From the NCBI GenBank assembly GCA_965205865.1, contig CBDBHR010000029.1, forward strand, positions 704,001 to 768,000: a DNA stretch of 64,000 nt, given 5' to 3'. This document shows positions 11,041 through 21,559 of the stretch, piece after piece. The DNA comes from a bacterium. Lineage in GTDB: Bacteria; SAR324; NAC60-12. Both the position numbers and the translations under genes were made by a program. Positions within the stretch are counted from its first letter, which is position 1; each line of letters opens with the position of its first letter. Below the pieces are notes generated by a model. The model searched no databases. It saw only the letters and a list, made by a program, of their open reading frames with translations, and was not told the origin of the DNA.

Positions 11041-11255
11041 TTTGCGAATCCCGCATTTATTTTGCCTTGGGGGGTTGACATTGGGTTGTTGTTGTTGTGC
11101 CAGGATCATGCCTTCGCTAAGTTGTTTTAGTGACAGAGAGGGTTCTCGATCGATTGAACAATATCGTGAGAGGAATTGAAAACGATCGATCCTCCCCGGG
11201 AATCTTTTTCAACGTTATTGAACTAAACGGGTTTTTCAGAGACCTGAATAGTTAC
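11041..11255 (+). repeat. Non-coding segment ending in an IS66-type terminus (CCTGAATAGTTAC); second copy at 43532-43745
   Basis: Near-identical to 43532-43745; partial duplicate at ~10855-10990; its end truncates the adjacent IS1380. Confidence 0.7.
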
Positions 11256-11893
11256 GGAGTACGATTATTTTTGTTATGTTCTCACCGATGCGCTCACTCC
11301 CTGGCAGGCTCACAAAGAGTATGGCCAGAGGGCGGTCGCTGAGACATGGATTGAGGAAGCAAAAAATCAAACTGCGCTGGCTCAGATTAAAACCGACGAT
11401 TTTTGGGCCAACAGTGCCTTGTTCCAATGCGCGATACTCGCTTACAACACGCTGCGCTGGATGGCCCTTTGTAGTGGTAACGCAATACTGCGCCGTTGGG
11501 AACCGGCCACCATGCGCACCTATCTTGTCCGAATGGCAGGAAAATGGACGAGTGGCGCTCGTCAACAAAAACTGAGAGTTCCGGAAAGAACACTTTACAA
11601 TGCTCAATGGGATGCATGGGTCGCTGTTGGAGAGACCTGGATCCTTTGTTTCACTCCAGTGGAAACGTTTTGCTGAGATGTCGATCCCCAAATCCAGGGA
11701 GAAGTACGTCTTGAATCTTGTGCCCGCGAAAGCGGGTATCAGATCATCACAAAATATGACGATCAAATGGAGGGCGGAAAAACCTTTATGAGCAAGGACT
11801 GATGGAAATTCAACTCTCAAATCCTTTTTTTTAAAAAAACCTCTCAAAGAGTGAGGGGAAACTCAATCAAAATATTCAATTGCAGGATTTAAG
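11256..11893 (+). mobile_element. IS1380-family remnant (3' part, frameshifted)
   Basis: Matches 32391-32579 and continues to the transposase C-terminus; right end AATTGCAGGATTTAAG is inverted to CCTAAATCCTGCAATT at 31333. Confidence 0.85.
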
Positions 11894-11932
11894 TCGAATA
11901 TTAACTTGTGCAGTTAGGTATATAGTTCCCGT

Positions 11933-13156
11933 ATGAAGACACAATTGGTTACAACTGTTGAAGAATTGTTCAGTAAAGGCGATCAAGGCTTCTTTATATG
12001 GATATCCAGTGAAGGTAAGGAATGCGAAACTATTTCAAAATTGCATAGTACTCCTCGTTGCGATCAGCTTATTGATATGCAAGACGAACTAAGCGAATTT
12101 ACCGCACTTACCGCACCTGGAATGCTGAAAAGAATTTGTATTGTAGACAATGAAACCGTAGTTTCGAAAAGTAGCGTAAATCGTCCAATATCGGTAGTAC
12201 AAAACGAAGTCATTGCTTTAATTAACGCAGCGAGTGTATTCCAAAGTGTTAGGTTTGAGAGAGCAACTGACGACTTTAATATACAGACTGTTCCAATTTT
12301 GGCGGTTATAAAAGCAAATGGAGTAGTTTATACACTCATGCGCTACAGTCCATTCCCAACTTTAGATGAAATTTTAGTATGCAATCCTAATCGACTATTG
12401 CAAAAAACCTACTTAGAAAAACTTAAAAAACTATTTCACCTCCTATATTCCAAGGGTTTTTACTGGCGTGACCTCGCGCCAAGAAACATATTAGTCGACG
12501 AAACAAATTTAACCCCCACTTTCATCCTCTTGGATTTCGAAAAATCAGGCCTAGTAAACGATATTGAAATGCCCTTAGAGGTTTTCTGGCGGGGTTCTGT
12601 TATTTCTGAAGAATTAGCGAGTGTATGCTATTTGGATGTTATTTTGGAAGTTTTTAGTGATTGTTATCAACCCAGTTCATGGTGCGCAAAAAACGAGAGT
12701 ATTGAACTTAGCTCATTTATGAGAAGAGAAGTTAGAGATATTCTAGTGAACGATAAAAGTCTTGTGAATCGGCATCATTACAATTCTCTGGATAGAAAAT
12801 TAATAGAGATTCGTGGGCCAATCGAGGACAACTTAGGAAAAGTCTACTTCCCTGGGAAATACAGTTTCATATTTGACCATATTTTAGGCCCAATTATTGA
12901 CAGACAAGTAAATGAATTATTTCTAGCTGCGAAAATCGAAGGCCGATTCCTTGAAGAGGTAAAGTTCTTCGACAGATTACTTTATGACTATGGAGTAAAG
13001 GTAACCGACTTTTTTTCGTCTTCAAACAGGAAAATACCAGAAGTAGATTTAGATAGTATCGAACACGACATACAAGAAAGGTCAAGACAAACAAACTGTC
13101 TAAAAATTATTAGAAACTTCCTGGAAAGACGAGTTATTGTCGAATCTGGTGTATGA
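11933..13156 (+). CDS. Protein kinase-like superfamily protein
   Basis: Catalytic-loop-like YWRDLAPRNILV and LLDFE; AT-rich compared with the housekeeping block. Confidence 0.65.
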   Translation: MKTQLVTTVEELFSKGDQGFFIWISSEGKECETISKLHSTPRCDQLIDMQDELSEFTALTAPGMLKRICIVDNETVVSKSSVNRPISVVQNEVIALINAASVFQSVRFERATDDFNIQTVPILAVIKANGVVYTLMRYSPFPTLDEILVCNPNRLLQKTYLEKLKKLFHLLYSKGFYWRDLAPRNILVDETNLTPTFILLDFEKSGLVNDIEMPLEVFWRGSVISEELASVCYLDVILEVFSDCYQPSSWCAKNESIELSSFMRREVRDILVNDKSLVNRHHYNSLDRKLIEIRGPIEDNLGKVYFPGKYSFIFDHILGPIIDRQVNELFLAAKIEGRFLEEVKFFDRLLYDYGVKVTDFFSSSNRKIPEVDLDSIEHDIQERSRQTNCLKIIRNFLERRVIVESGV

Positions 13157-13335
13157 GGAATTTCAAGCGGCCGCACGGTCTAATTCCTGCGTCTCTACTC
13201 CATCTTTGAATTTCACTCCTGCATAGTAGGAAAATCAAAAAATACACGAGATCATAGCAGCTAGAAATAGGCATGTAAATGGAAATTTAGGGATTCTTTT
13301 TTTATTTTTTGGCAGGTTTCCTGGGTGGATGAAAA

Positions 13336-14107
13336 GGGGTCAGGCCTTTGATTATTTGATTAGCAACGAGTCTAGTTTTTTTGCTCCCTTTTCATTTAAT
13401 CAAAGTCACCGTAAAGAACTGACTTATAGTGGTTTCCAGCCACCTTTCGTCATTCCTCCGGTACAGATCCGGACGTGCGCTGCTAACGTATCCGGCTCCT
13501 GCTTCGAGTCAGACGCTCAAACGTTGCCGTTTGGCGCACCCTGCTTAAACCGCTCTCTGATTTTACCGGCCTCTGAGTTCCGAACACAGGAGGGCAAGCA
13601 GAATTCCTCTCAGCCAAGTCCCTTTGCTCCACAGGCTCCGTTGATTTCCTTTGCAATATTACTCTCTACAAATGATCTCATTGTTCGCCGCTTCATCGCT
13701 ACTACGAACTTGTCCGACTTCCTGAAGACGTAGATATCGGGGTTATTTATTAATTTTCCCGATCCGACTACCAATGGAATGTTGACAGTCATCCTCAGGA
13801 TCTCCCAGGTTCCGGTCAAGAAACTTCCACACATGCACCGGGTCTTTGACTCCGCCAGGCTCAGCCGGGACTCACGCTAAGGCCTTCGGTTGATGTTGCC
13901 TTCCCCACCAGATCACAAGGTCAGCGCCTGAGACTATGATTTCGGAGCTCAATACCGAGCCTGTGTTCTCCCCTGTCAACGCTTAGCGCCTATCCTTGCG
14001 AATAACCACTCATGACTCGGGGACTCGGCGGGTCGTTACTGCCTTACCGAGTAAGAGACTTTCACTCTCTATTTCTTGCCAGCTTTCCTGGCGCACAGCC
14101 TGACCCC
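13336..14107. mobile_element. Non-autonomous 80-bp REPIN-like element with a group II intron in its right arm
   Basis: Left arm GGGGTCAGGCCTTTGATT; removing 13405-14096 restores right arm AATCAAAAGCCTGACCCC. Confidence 0.8.
13405..14096 (-). mobile_element. Group II intron copy A (class E-like), ORF-less, 692 nt
   Basis: 5' GTGCG, domain V GAGCCGGA..GTCCGGATC, 3' ..GGTGAC; equals 28458-30414 minus a 1265-bp deletion. Confidence 0.92.
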
Positions 14108-14401
14108 CTTTTGACCCCCTTTCTGATGCGGGAAGCGCTCCGGCAGGACCTTATCTGCACGGTCTGGACCACGGGACTGCGGGATCGTTTGATTCCCGAT
14201 TGACAACACATGCTAAAATTACTATTAAAGTCAAACACCTTGCTTCGTTTTGTATCTTTTTTTTCCATCTCGATTGCATCCATATCGGCCCTATACCCTA
14301 TTGCGAGGATGACACTGAAGGCGAATCACCTTTTGATTGTCATGATATCCTGTGATAGAAAATGTGGACTCTTTATTTCGAAATAGCGAAAAATTCTTTA
14401 T

Positions 14402-15619
14402 GTGAAAGTGGAAATCATGAAAGCAGAATTTCAAGGAATGGTAAAAGACCCAGGGAAATATCCGCCATTGACAGAAGTGCGTAAGAATTTTCGCCCCAAC
14501 TGGTACAGACCCCGCCTTGATTCTAAAAAATTTCGAGAGCTCAGTCAGCGCAGTGATCTACAAGCCTGTTTTCAGACATTGGGTCATCTGGGTTTGTGGA
14601 TGGTTACCGGGCTGCTCTCATTCTTCTTTTTTAAGCAAGAGCTTTGGATCGGTTTTGGCGTTGCTCTCTTTCTGCATGGCACCGTTGGTACCTTTTTTCA
14701 GGGTGCTGCCGTACACGAGTTAGGGCATGGCACGGTTTTTCGCACTCGCAGGCTCAATGTTTTTTTCAACAAAATCTTCAGCACCCTCGGATGGATCAAC
14801 ATCTATGACTTCAAAATGAGCCATACCTACCACCACCTCTATACCCTGCATCCTGTGGGAGATCGCGAAGTGGTTTTGCCGCTGAATCCAAAAATGAGCT
14901 TCCTCGACTTCATTCAGATCTTCACTTTCAATTTTACCAGCACCTTTGAAGCCTTCGGTCTCGTCCCTCGAGTTGATTATTTCATCCAAACGGCGCTCAA
15001 CCGCATTCCTCAAGGTAAGTCCGTGGGTGCGGGAGAAGAAGAAGGGAATTGGCTGCAGGCGCTATACGAAGGTGAACCGGAAAAGCGCAGCAAAGCGGTT
15101 CATTGGGCTCGAATAGTGCTTGGATTTCATGCCCTTGTCATTCTTTTTTCAGTGACCATCGGGGAGCCCATCCTCATCCTTCTCATTTCGGGGAGTGCAT
15201 TTACGGCAAACTGGCTGAGAAGCTTCGTCGGTGGTGTGATGCACACCGGATTGATGCAAAATGTTCCCGACATCCGCCTGAGCACTCGGAGTAATACCTT
15301 GGATCCCATTTCCGAATTTCTCTATTGGCATATGAACTGGCACATCGAACACCATATGTATCCAGGGGTTCCCTGTTACAATTTGAAAAAATTGCATGAA
15401 GCCACTAAAGAAGACATGCCCCAACCCCGCACTTTGATAGGCGCGTGGCGAGAAGCGCATGAAATTTGGCGGAAGCAACAGGAAGACCCTGCCTATGAGT
15501 TTGAGACCACTTTGCCAGCGACGGCTCATCACGCAGTGACCCGCACCAGCCAAGCAAAAGAGGTAGATGCCTTGGAATCCGAGTGGGTGAGTAAAATTGC
15601 ACCGCAGGGATTTCAGTAA
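14402..15619 (+). CDS. Membrane fatty acid desaturase/hydroxylase family protein
   Basis: Three His boxes HELGH, HTYHH, HIEHH; TM segments. Confidence 0.9.
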   Translation: MKVEIMKAEFQGMVKDPGKYPPLTEVRKNFRPNWYRPRLDSKKFRELSQRSDLQACFQTLGHLGLWMVTGLLSFFFFKQELWIGFGVALFLHGTVGTFFQGAAVHELGHGTVFRTRRLNVFFNKIFSTLGWINIYDFKMSHTYHHLYTLHPVGDREVVLPLNPKMSFLDFIQIFTFNFTSTFEAFGLVPRVDYFIQTALNRIPQGKSVGAGEEEGNWLQALYEGEPEKRSKAVHWARIVLGFHALVILFSVTIGEPILILLISGSAFTANWLRSFVGGVMHTGLMQNVPDIRLSTRSNTLDPISEFLYWHMNWHIEHHMYPGVPCYNLKKLHEATKEDMPQPRTLIGAWREAHEIWRKQQEDPAYEFETTLPATAHHAVTRTSQAKEVDALESEWVSKIAPQGFQ

Positions 15620-15794
15620 GATTTCAAAGTGGATGAAGATGATCAGTGACCCAGACTGAATCAAATTTGTCTTGAATCGCTTCCAACGTATTCACAATTT
15701 GATCGATGAAATTGTGGCTATCATCAACGTTCGGTCCTGCTTAGGGATGGATCACCCAAGCAAATTTCAAACCAGGCATCTTCCAATTACTTTT

Positions 15795-16625
15795 TTATAA
15801 ATTAACAGGATCCGGACAGATTCGAAAGCCTTGATCCAGTCCATTCAGAATCTCCATCTGTGGCGGACTCAGGTTGAAATCAAACACATCCGCATTTTCT
15901 TCAATACGTTGAGGACGAACCGACTTGGGAATCACTGTCTGACCACGTTGCAAGGCCCAGCGGATCATTACCTGGGCAGCTGATTTTTTTGTTTCCTCCG
16001 CAATGCGACGGAGGCCGGGTTCATTGAAACGATGACCCCGGGCCAACGGACAGTAACCGGTGAGGTGAATATTTTCTTGATGACAGAAGGAGACGATGGT
16101 TTGCTGTTGCAGGAAAGGATTGAGTTCGATTTGATTAACGACGGGTCGTACATTTCCCTTCTCCAGCAACTCACTCAAGTGTTTCGGAGCAAAATTGCTG
16201 ACGCCAATCGAACGACTGCGGCCTTCCTGCCGGATGCGTTCCAAGGCGCGCCACGTTTGCAAATTGGATCCCCTTGATGGCCAATGAATCAAGAAAAGAT
16301 CCACTAATTCCAATCTCATCTTCTTCAAGCTGTTGTCGAATGCCCTCAGAGCCGCATCGTAATCGTGTTCTGAATTCGACAGTTTGGACGTGAGAAACAC
16401 CTCTTCTCTCTTGAGACCGGAGGCGCGGAAGGCATCTCCAACGTCTTTCTCATTGCCATACATCTGTGCCGTATCGACATGCCGATATCCAGTCTTAAAT
16501 GCGCACAAAGTGGCCTGGAATGTCTCTCTTCCGGATCGGACATCCCAGACACCAAGTCCCAGCAAGGGCATACGATGACCGTCCTGAAGCGTGATATGGC
16601 TACGGATGTGCAGGGATTGATTCAT
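15795..16625 (-). CDS. Aldo/keto reductase
   Basis: GYRHVDTAQMYGNE, LIHWP, IGVSNF, VIPKS. Confidence 0.95.
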   Translation of the reverse strand: MNQSLHIRSHITLQDGHRMPLLGLGVWDVRSGRETFQATLCAFKTGYRHVDTAQMYGNEKDVGDAFRASGLKREEVFLTSKLSNSEHDYDAALRAFDNSLKKMRLELVDLFLIHWPSRGSNLQTWRALERIRQEGRSRSIGVSNFAPKHLSELLEKGNVRPVVNQIELNPFLQQQTIVSFCHQENIHLTGYCPLARGHRFNEPGLRRIAEETKKSAAQVMIRWALQRGQTVIPKSVRPQRIEENADVFDFNLSPPQMEILNGLDQGFRICPDPVNL

Positions 16626-16812
16626 TTTTGATCTCCACTTTTATTTTGCGCTCTTCTCACACTAGATTTTATAGAAATATAACCGATTTGAAAATTAATC
16701 AATAAGAGATAAACAACATACCGTGTTTTTCTGTTGCAAGCATGATTACTTTTCTAAATTGTTCGTTACTTCAAATTTTTCAGGAGTTCTCCATCGTCTC
16801 GACTATAAACTA

Positions 16813-17631
16813 TCAATGAAACTCAATGCCTCCATCTACGTTTATTGCCTGACCAGTGACGTTTTCAGCAGTGGCCAGGTAAACGGCTAGTTGGCCAATG
16901 TCCTCAGGGGTTTGGGGACGACCCAAGGGGGGCTTCGTTTGGATACGTTGCCAGGCTTGCTCTTTTGACTCGTTACCCTCCCTATATCCTTCAGATAAAT
17001 ATTCAAACATTTGAGTACCGATGATCCCTGGACAAATCGCGTTGACACGAATGCCAGCAGGAGCCAGTTCCTTTGCCAGGGCATTGGTGAAACCCACCAC
17101 AGCGAACTTCGAAGCGCAGTAGTGAGCTTGTTTTGGAACCCCCATTTTCCCTGCAATCGAGGCGATGTTGATAATACATCCTCCGTTTTGGGCTTTCATG
17201 ACGGGAATTGCCGCCTGACACGAGAGGAAGACCCCTTTCGTATTGACAGCAAAGGTGAGATCCCATGCCTCTTCACTCAATGCTTCGACGAGTGAAAGAC
17301 TGATCACTCCCGCATTGCATACGAGGATATGCAGATGACCGAGTTGCCGCATGGTCTCTTCAACCATAAGCTTTGTATCCTCTTTCTTAGTGACATCCGC
17401 ATGCAATGCAATTGCGCGTCGGCCCAGGGCAACAATGTCGCTCACAGTCGTTTGGGCAGCCGTCAAACCCCCAAGTGCTGCAGTACCATATTGTTGTACC
17501 GTACTTGATAGCTTCTCAACATCGGCGAGGGCGATATCAACACCGGCCTCCGCCAGCGCGATTGCGATTCCCCGCCCAATTCCTCGTGCCCCTCCCGTTA
17601 CCAAGGCTACTTTTCCTTCAAGGGATAACAT
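16813..17631 (-). CDS. Short-chain dehydrogenase/reductase
   Basis: TGGARGIG, NAG, YCASK, VNAICPG. Confidence 0.95.
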   Translation of the reverse strand: MLSLEGKVALVTGGARGIGRGIAIALAEAGVDIALADVEKLSSTVQQYGTAALGGLTAAQTTVSDIVALGRRAIALHADVTKKEDTKLMVEETMRQLGHLHILVCNAGVISLSLVEALSEEAWDLTFAVNTKGVFLSCQAAIPVMKAQNGGCIINIASIAGKMGVPKQAHYCASKFAVVGFTNALAKELAPAGIRVNAICPGIIGTQMFEYLSEGYREGNESKEQAWQRIQTKPPLGRPQTPEDIGQLAVYLATAENVTGQAINVDGGIEFH

Positions 17632-18035
17632 ATCTCTTTCCTTTCTGCTCGAAGACCCGAGCCATATAATGTAAATTAAAAAACTCCATTAAATACATCA
17701 TCGAGTAAATTTTTATCAAATTTTTTTAAGATTATGAAGCAATAATAGTGTTAGAATAGGACAATGATCAATATAGTATCTCATAACTGCGCAGATGATC
17801 TCATTTCCCTTGCCGGTGCCTACCTGGAGTTGAATGAGAGTATTTGAAGCAAGAAAAGTCACAGAAATTTTAACTGCCTCGACCTTCACGCGGCCTGGCC
17901 TTCGGCTATCACTCGACTAGTTCGAGTATTGTAAAGCAGAAAACATTTTAGTTCATTTTTCTTCGCGGATTGACAGTTATGTATATTCCGACTTTATTCA
18001 GGGAAACGCGCCCGGAAATTTTGAAACCCTTAAAT

Positions 18036-19083
18036 GGGGTCAGGCTTGAAAGTTTGAAACTTCAAGCAAGTATTTGACGTTTCAGTTCCTCTAATTGATT
18101 TTGGAGACCCTCGGATTCCTTCAATCGTTGTCTCAACCGGTGCACTCCAAAGCTAATCGTAGAATCGTCTCGATTGCAAACTTTTCCGACCTTCCGAATC
18201 GTTGCGGACTTCCAATCGAAAGCTAACATGCCAATCATCGCACGGGCTTCACTCAACTTTCGTGACTGCACGGCACTTCTTAATTCCTTCTCCTGCAGTT
18301 GATAAACTTGAGCCACTTGATGAATGATCCGTTCTAAAAGAGGAGGAGAGCAGGGGATGTTTTCGAGCTTCTTCAAAACCGAGGTCACAAAATGATCTTC
18401 TCCAATGATCTCTGAATGGGCAGAGCCTTTTTGAAAATTGACCGGCGAAGCAATGTTTCTCCCACTCCGGATATAATCCTCATAAAGTTTTCTGGCCTCT
18501 CCCCGTTTTGGGGAAAAGTGAGACAATCCCCAATCCGTATGCAACCATTCCAGCCGCCGCTTTCCCAAGTAAGCCAAATGGCTGCACCATGGGAAATCAA
18601 CCAACTCTTTGGCCACACCCGCTCGAATCGGATTGAGATGAATATAACGAATCAAGGCTAACAAATAGTTTTCTTGATCAACTATCAAGGCTTTATAACG
18701 TCCCTGAAATAAGTGGCCCATGCGTTTTTGCCGTTGATTGATCCAACGCGTGTAGCGAAATGAGATATTTTGCATGATCGGAGCAAGAGGGATCGCTCCC
18801 ACTTCAATGGCTAAATGGACATGATTGCTCATTAAACAAAAAGCGTGAATCCGATGATCAAAGCGTTGGTAACCTTCTTGGAGTAAGTGATAAAATTGTC
18901 GATAGTCGGGGGAACTGAAAAAAATGGGTTGCCCTCCATTGCCACGAAGCATCACATGATAAAGCGCACCAGGATAGTAAAGGCGTAGCTTACGGGCCAT
19001 CTTTAGAAACAAGCGAGAAGGAAAGTAAAATCGATTTAAAGAAAAAAATAACACTACTTTTCCAAACTTTCAAGCCTGACCCC
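18036..19083 (-). mobile_element. HUH/RAYT-type element copy 1 (1048 bp, 21-bp terminal inverted repeats)
   Basis: GGGGTCAGGCTTGAAAGTTTG ... CAAACTTTCAAGCCTGACCCC; five near-identical copies in the window. Confidence 0.92.
18062..19000 (-). CDS. Y1 HUH transposase (RAYT/TnpA-REP-like) with C-terminal DnaA-C-like HTH
   Basis: MARKLRL..YHVMLRGN, HUH motif NHVHL, GHLFQGRY, YIHLNP; C-terminal EARAMI..NRDDSTI. Confidence 0.92.
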   Translation of the reverse strand: MARKLRLYYPGALYHVMLRGNGGQPIFFSSPDYRQFYHLLQEGYQRFDHRIHAFCLMSNHVHLAIEVGAIPLAPIMQNISFRYTRWINQRQKRMGHLFQGRYKALIVDQENYLLALIRYIHLNPIRAGVAKELVDFPWCSHLAYLGKRRLEWLHTDWGLSHFSPKRGEARKLYEDYIRSGRNIASPVNFQKGSAHSEIIGEDHFVTSVLKKLENIPCSPPLLERIIHQVAQVYQLQEKELRSAVQSRKLSEARAMIGMLAFDWKSATIRKVGKVCNRDDSTISFGVHRLRQRLKESEGLQNQLEELKRQILA

Positions 19084-19515
19084 CTTTATAACTGTTATTG
19101 TAATCCTTTCTGAGATCACTGGGGGAGAATGTGGTAAATGCAGATAATCTCCCAGAACAAGCTGTAGGGTATGCTGACCCAGTTCGAGATCAATCTCTAC
19201 TTCTGTCTGTCCCAACCCGAAATGTACAATCTGATTAGTGGCTGGAAGAGATTGATCAAATGATGGCATATCACCTTCAGCCACATCGATGAGAACATGG
19301 TGATGCCCTGTATTGGGAAACTGTATGCCAGCTGGAGCAATTCCCAGCCCCTTCAGTCCAAATCGTATGGTCACTGGTGAGGTGACAACTGCCCCATCCT
19401 CAGGCGACTGGATATAGACCCTTGCATCATCTGGGGCTGGTGACCTCTCCAGTGCTTCGGCAAGTGCAATGGGAACAAAAAGAAGAAGAATCGTGATCCA
19501 TAGTATCGTTCTCAT
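19054..19515 (-). CDS. DUF4399-like exported protein; C-terminus runs into the element terminus
   Basis: Signal peptide, TGHHHVLID, HFGLGQTE, HTLQLVLGD; last residues GVRLESLEK are encoded by the inverted repeat. Confidence 0.85.
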   Translation of the reverse strand: MRTILWITILLLFVPIALAEALERSPAPDDARVYIQSPEDGAVVTSPVTIRFGLKGLGIAPAGIQFPNTGHHHVLIDVAEGDMPSFDQSLPATNQIVHFGLGQTEVEIDLELGQHTLQLVLGDYLHLPHSPPVISERITITVIKGVRLESLEK

Positions 19516-19745
19516 GGTGGTCCTTTCATATTGAATTGAATAACTCAAATATCTCATCACTCATTTTTACCTGGTTTAGATCAGGATTTAGAAAAGGTAA
19601 GCAAACCCCGAGAAAGAAGCAACGCGAAAGTTCGACCGGAGGCAAGAAGGGGGCCCAGGGTGTCATATCCTCAGGCCCCTTTTTTATTAGAGCGACTCAC
19701 AATGGCTATCGAATCATTCCGTTATGATCTTCACGAATGATTGCG

Positions 19746-20231
19746 CTAATCCCTGTCTTCACTACCATGAGACTCTCCGGAGCTTTCAGAGCCTTCAGAA
19801 CCTTCGCCACCTCCATGTCCTGTTTCTGTTCCTGTTTCCGGGTGAGCAGTCCATGTGTCAAAAGTTCCTACAGCAGCAAGTTGCACAGGTATCTTTTGTC
19901 CTGGACGAAGATCAGTTCTGGAAGTTGGTCCTAATTCAATCCCATTTGATTGATGCACTTCAACACGAACGTCATAGAGCGTTGTTGTTAAGGTATTTTC
20001 CACGGTACCTTCAAAGGCATTGATCTGGCTGTTATAAACTATGATCAACCTCATGCCATTGACAACATGGTCATACTTTTGACTCAGAGTATATCTTCCT
20101 GTCTGTTCGGCAGCATCACCTCCTTGACCTTCACCACCCGTTTCTGAAACACGTTCTCCTTGAGCACATGCGTTTAATACCAATAATGATCCTAGTAACG
20201 AGATCATTAGTACTTTAAAAACATTTTTCAT
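19746..20231 (-). CDS. Putative lipoprotein/exported protein
   Basis: Signal peptide with LNAC lipobox-like motif; Gly/Glu/Ser-rich tail. Confidence 0.7.
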   Translation of the reverse strand: MKNVFKVLMISLLGSLLVLNACAQGERVSETGGEGQGGDAAEQTGRYTLSQKYDHVVNGMRLIIVYNSQINAFEGTVENTLTTTLYDVRVEVHQSNGIELGPTSRTDLRPGQKIPVQLAAVGTFDTWTAHPETGTETGHGGGEGSEGSESSGESHGSEDRD

Positions 20232-20548
20232 AATTTCCTCATTTCAATCAGGATTGATAAACAGGACGTCGACCTTCGACATCCACTGAGGCAAGTATAA
20301 GCAATCCAATGTTTTTTGAGGGTCAACGGAGTGTAAAACTTTTGTAAATTAATTCGATCTGCATCCATCATCAATTTTTGACGGAAGCAATTGCGGAGGG
20401 ATCCGGCAACGTTGGGGTAGCCATCCTAGTCAAACTGTTTGAAATTATCTGAAAGCACCAGGCATGGATTCTCTCCACGGCCTGCCGATTCAATTAGAAA
20501 AAGGATTTTCCAAGTATTAAATGGGGTCAGGCTTGAAATTTTGAAACT

Positions 20549-21487
20549 TCAAGCAAGTATTTGACGTTTCAGTTCCTCTAATTGATTTTGGAGACCCTCG
20601 GATTCCTTCAATCGTTGTCTCAACCGGTGCACTCCAAAGCTAATCGTAGAATCGTCTCGATTGCAAACTTTTCCGACCTTCCGAATCGTTGCGGACTTCC
20701 AATCGAAAGCTAACATGCCAATCATCGCACGGGCTTCACTCAACTTTCGTGACTGCCCGGCACTTCTTAATTCCTTCTCCTGCAGTTGATTAACTTGAGC
20801 CACTTGATGAATGATCCGTTCTAAAAGAGGAGGAGAGCAGGGGATGTTTTCGAGCTTCTTCAAAACCGAGGTCACAAAATGATCTTCTCCAATGATCTCT
20901 GAATGGGCAGAGCCTTTTTGAAAATTGACCGGCGAAGCAATGTTTCTCCCACTCCGGATATAATCCTCATAAAGTTTTCTGGCCTCTCCCCGTTTTGGGG
21001 AAAAGTGAGACAATCCCCAATCCGTATGCAACCATTCCAGCCGCCGCTTTCCCAAGTAAGCCAAATGGCTGCACCATGGGAAATCAACCAACTCTTTGGC
21101 CACGCCCGCTCGAATCGGATTGAGATGAATATAACGAATCAAGGCTAACAAATAGTTTTCTTGATCAACTAACAAGGCTTTATAACGTCCCTGAAATAAG
21201 TGGCCCATGCGTTTTTGCCGTTGATTGATCCAACGCGTGTAGCGAAATGAGATATTTTGCATGATCGGAGCAAGAGGGATCGCTCCCACTTCAATGGCTA
21301 AATGGACATGATTGCTCATTAAACAAAAAGCGTGAATCCGATGATCAAAGCGTTGGTAACCTTCTTGGAGTAAGTGATAAAATTGTCGATAGTCGGGGGA
21401 ACTGAAAAAAATGGGTTGCCCTCCATTGCCACGAAGCATCACATGATAAAGCGCACCAGGATAGTAAAGGCGTGGTTTACGGGCCAT
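20549..21487 (-). CDS. Y1 HUH transposase (RAYT-like), copy 2
   Basis: Near-identical to copy 1. Confidence 0.92.
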   Translation of the reverse strand: MARKPRLYYPGALYHVMLRGNGGQPIFFSSPDYRQFYHLLQEGYQRFDHRIHAFCLMSNHVHLAIEVGAIPLAPIMQNISFRYTRWINQRQKRMGHLFQGRYKALLVDQENYLLALIRYIHLNPIRAGVAKELVDFPWCSHLAYLGKRRLEWLHTDWGLSHFSPKRGEARKLYEDYIRSGRNIASPVNFQKGSAHSEIIGEDHFVTSVLKKLENIPCSPPLLERIIHQVAQVNQLQEKELRSAGQSRKLSEARAMIGMLAFDWKSATIRKVGKVCNRDDSTISFGVHRLRQRLKESEGLQNQLEELKRQILA

Positions 21488-21559
21488 CTTTAGAAACAAG
21501 CGAGAAGGAAAGTAAAATCGATTTAAAGAAAAAAATAACACTACTTTTCCAAACTTTCA

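Noticed and set aside
13329-14283. Short ORFs across the intron copies (also 21472-22433 and 24029-25194)
   Set aside because: They overlap structured intron RNA; only IEP stubs are meaningful
19001-19054. 18-aa N-terminal extension of the 330-aa transposase ORFs
   Set aside because: The family-typical start is MARK; the extension is A/T-rich leader sequence
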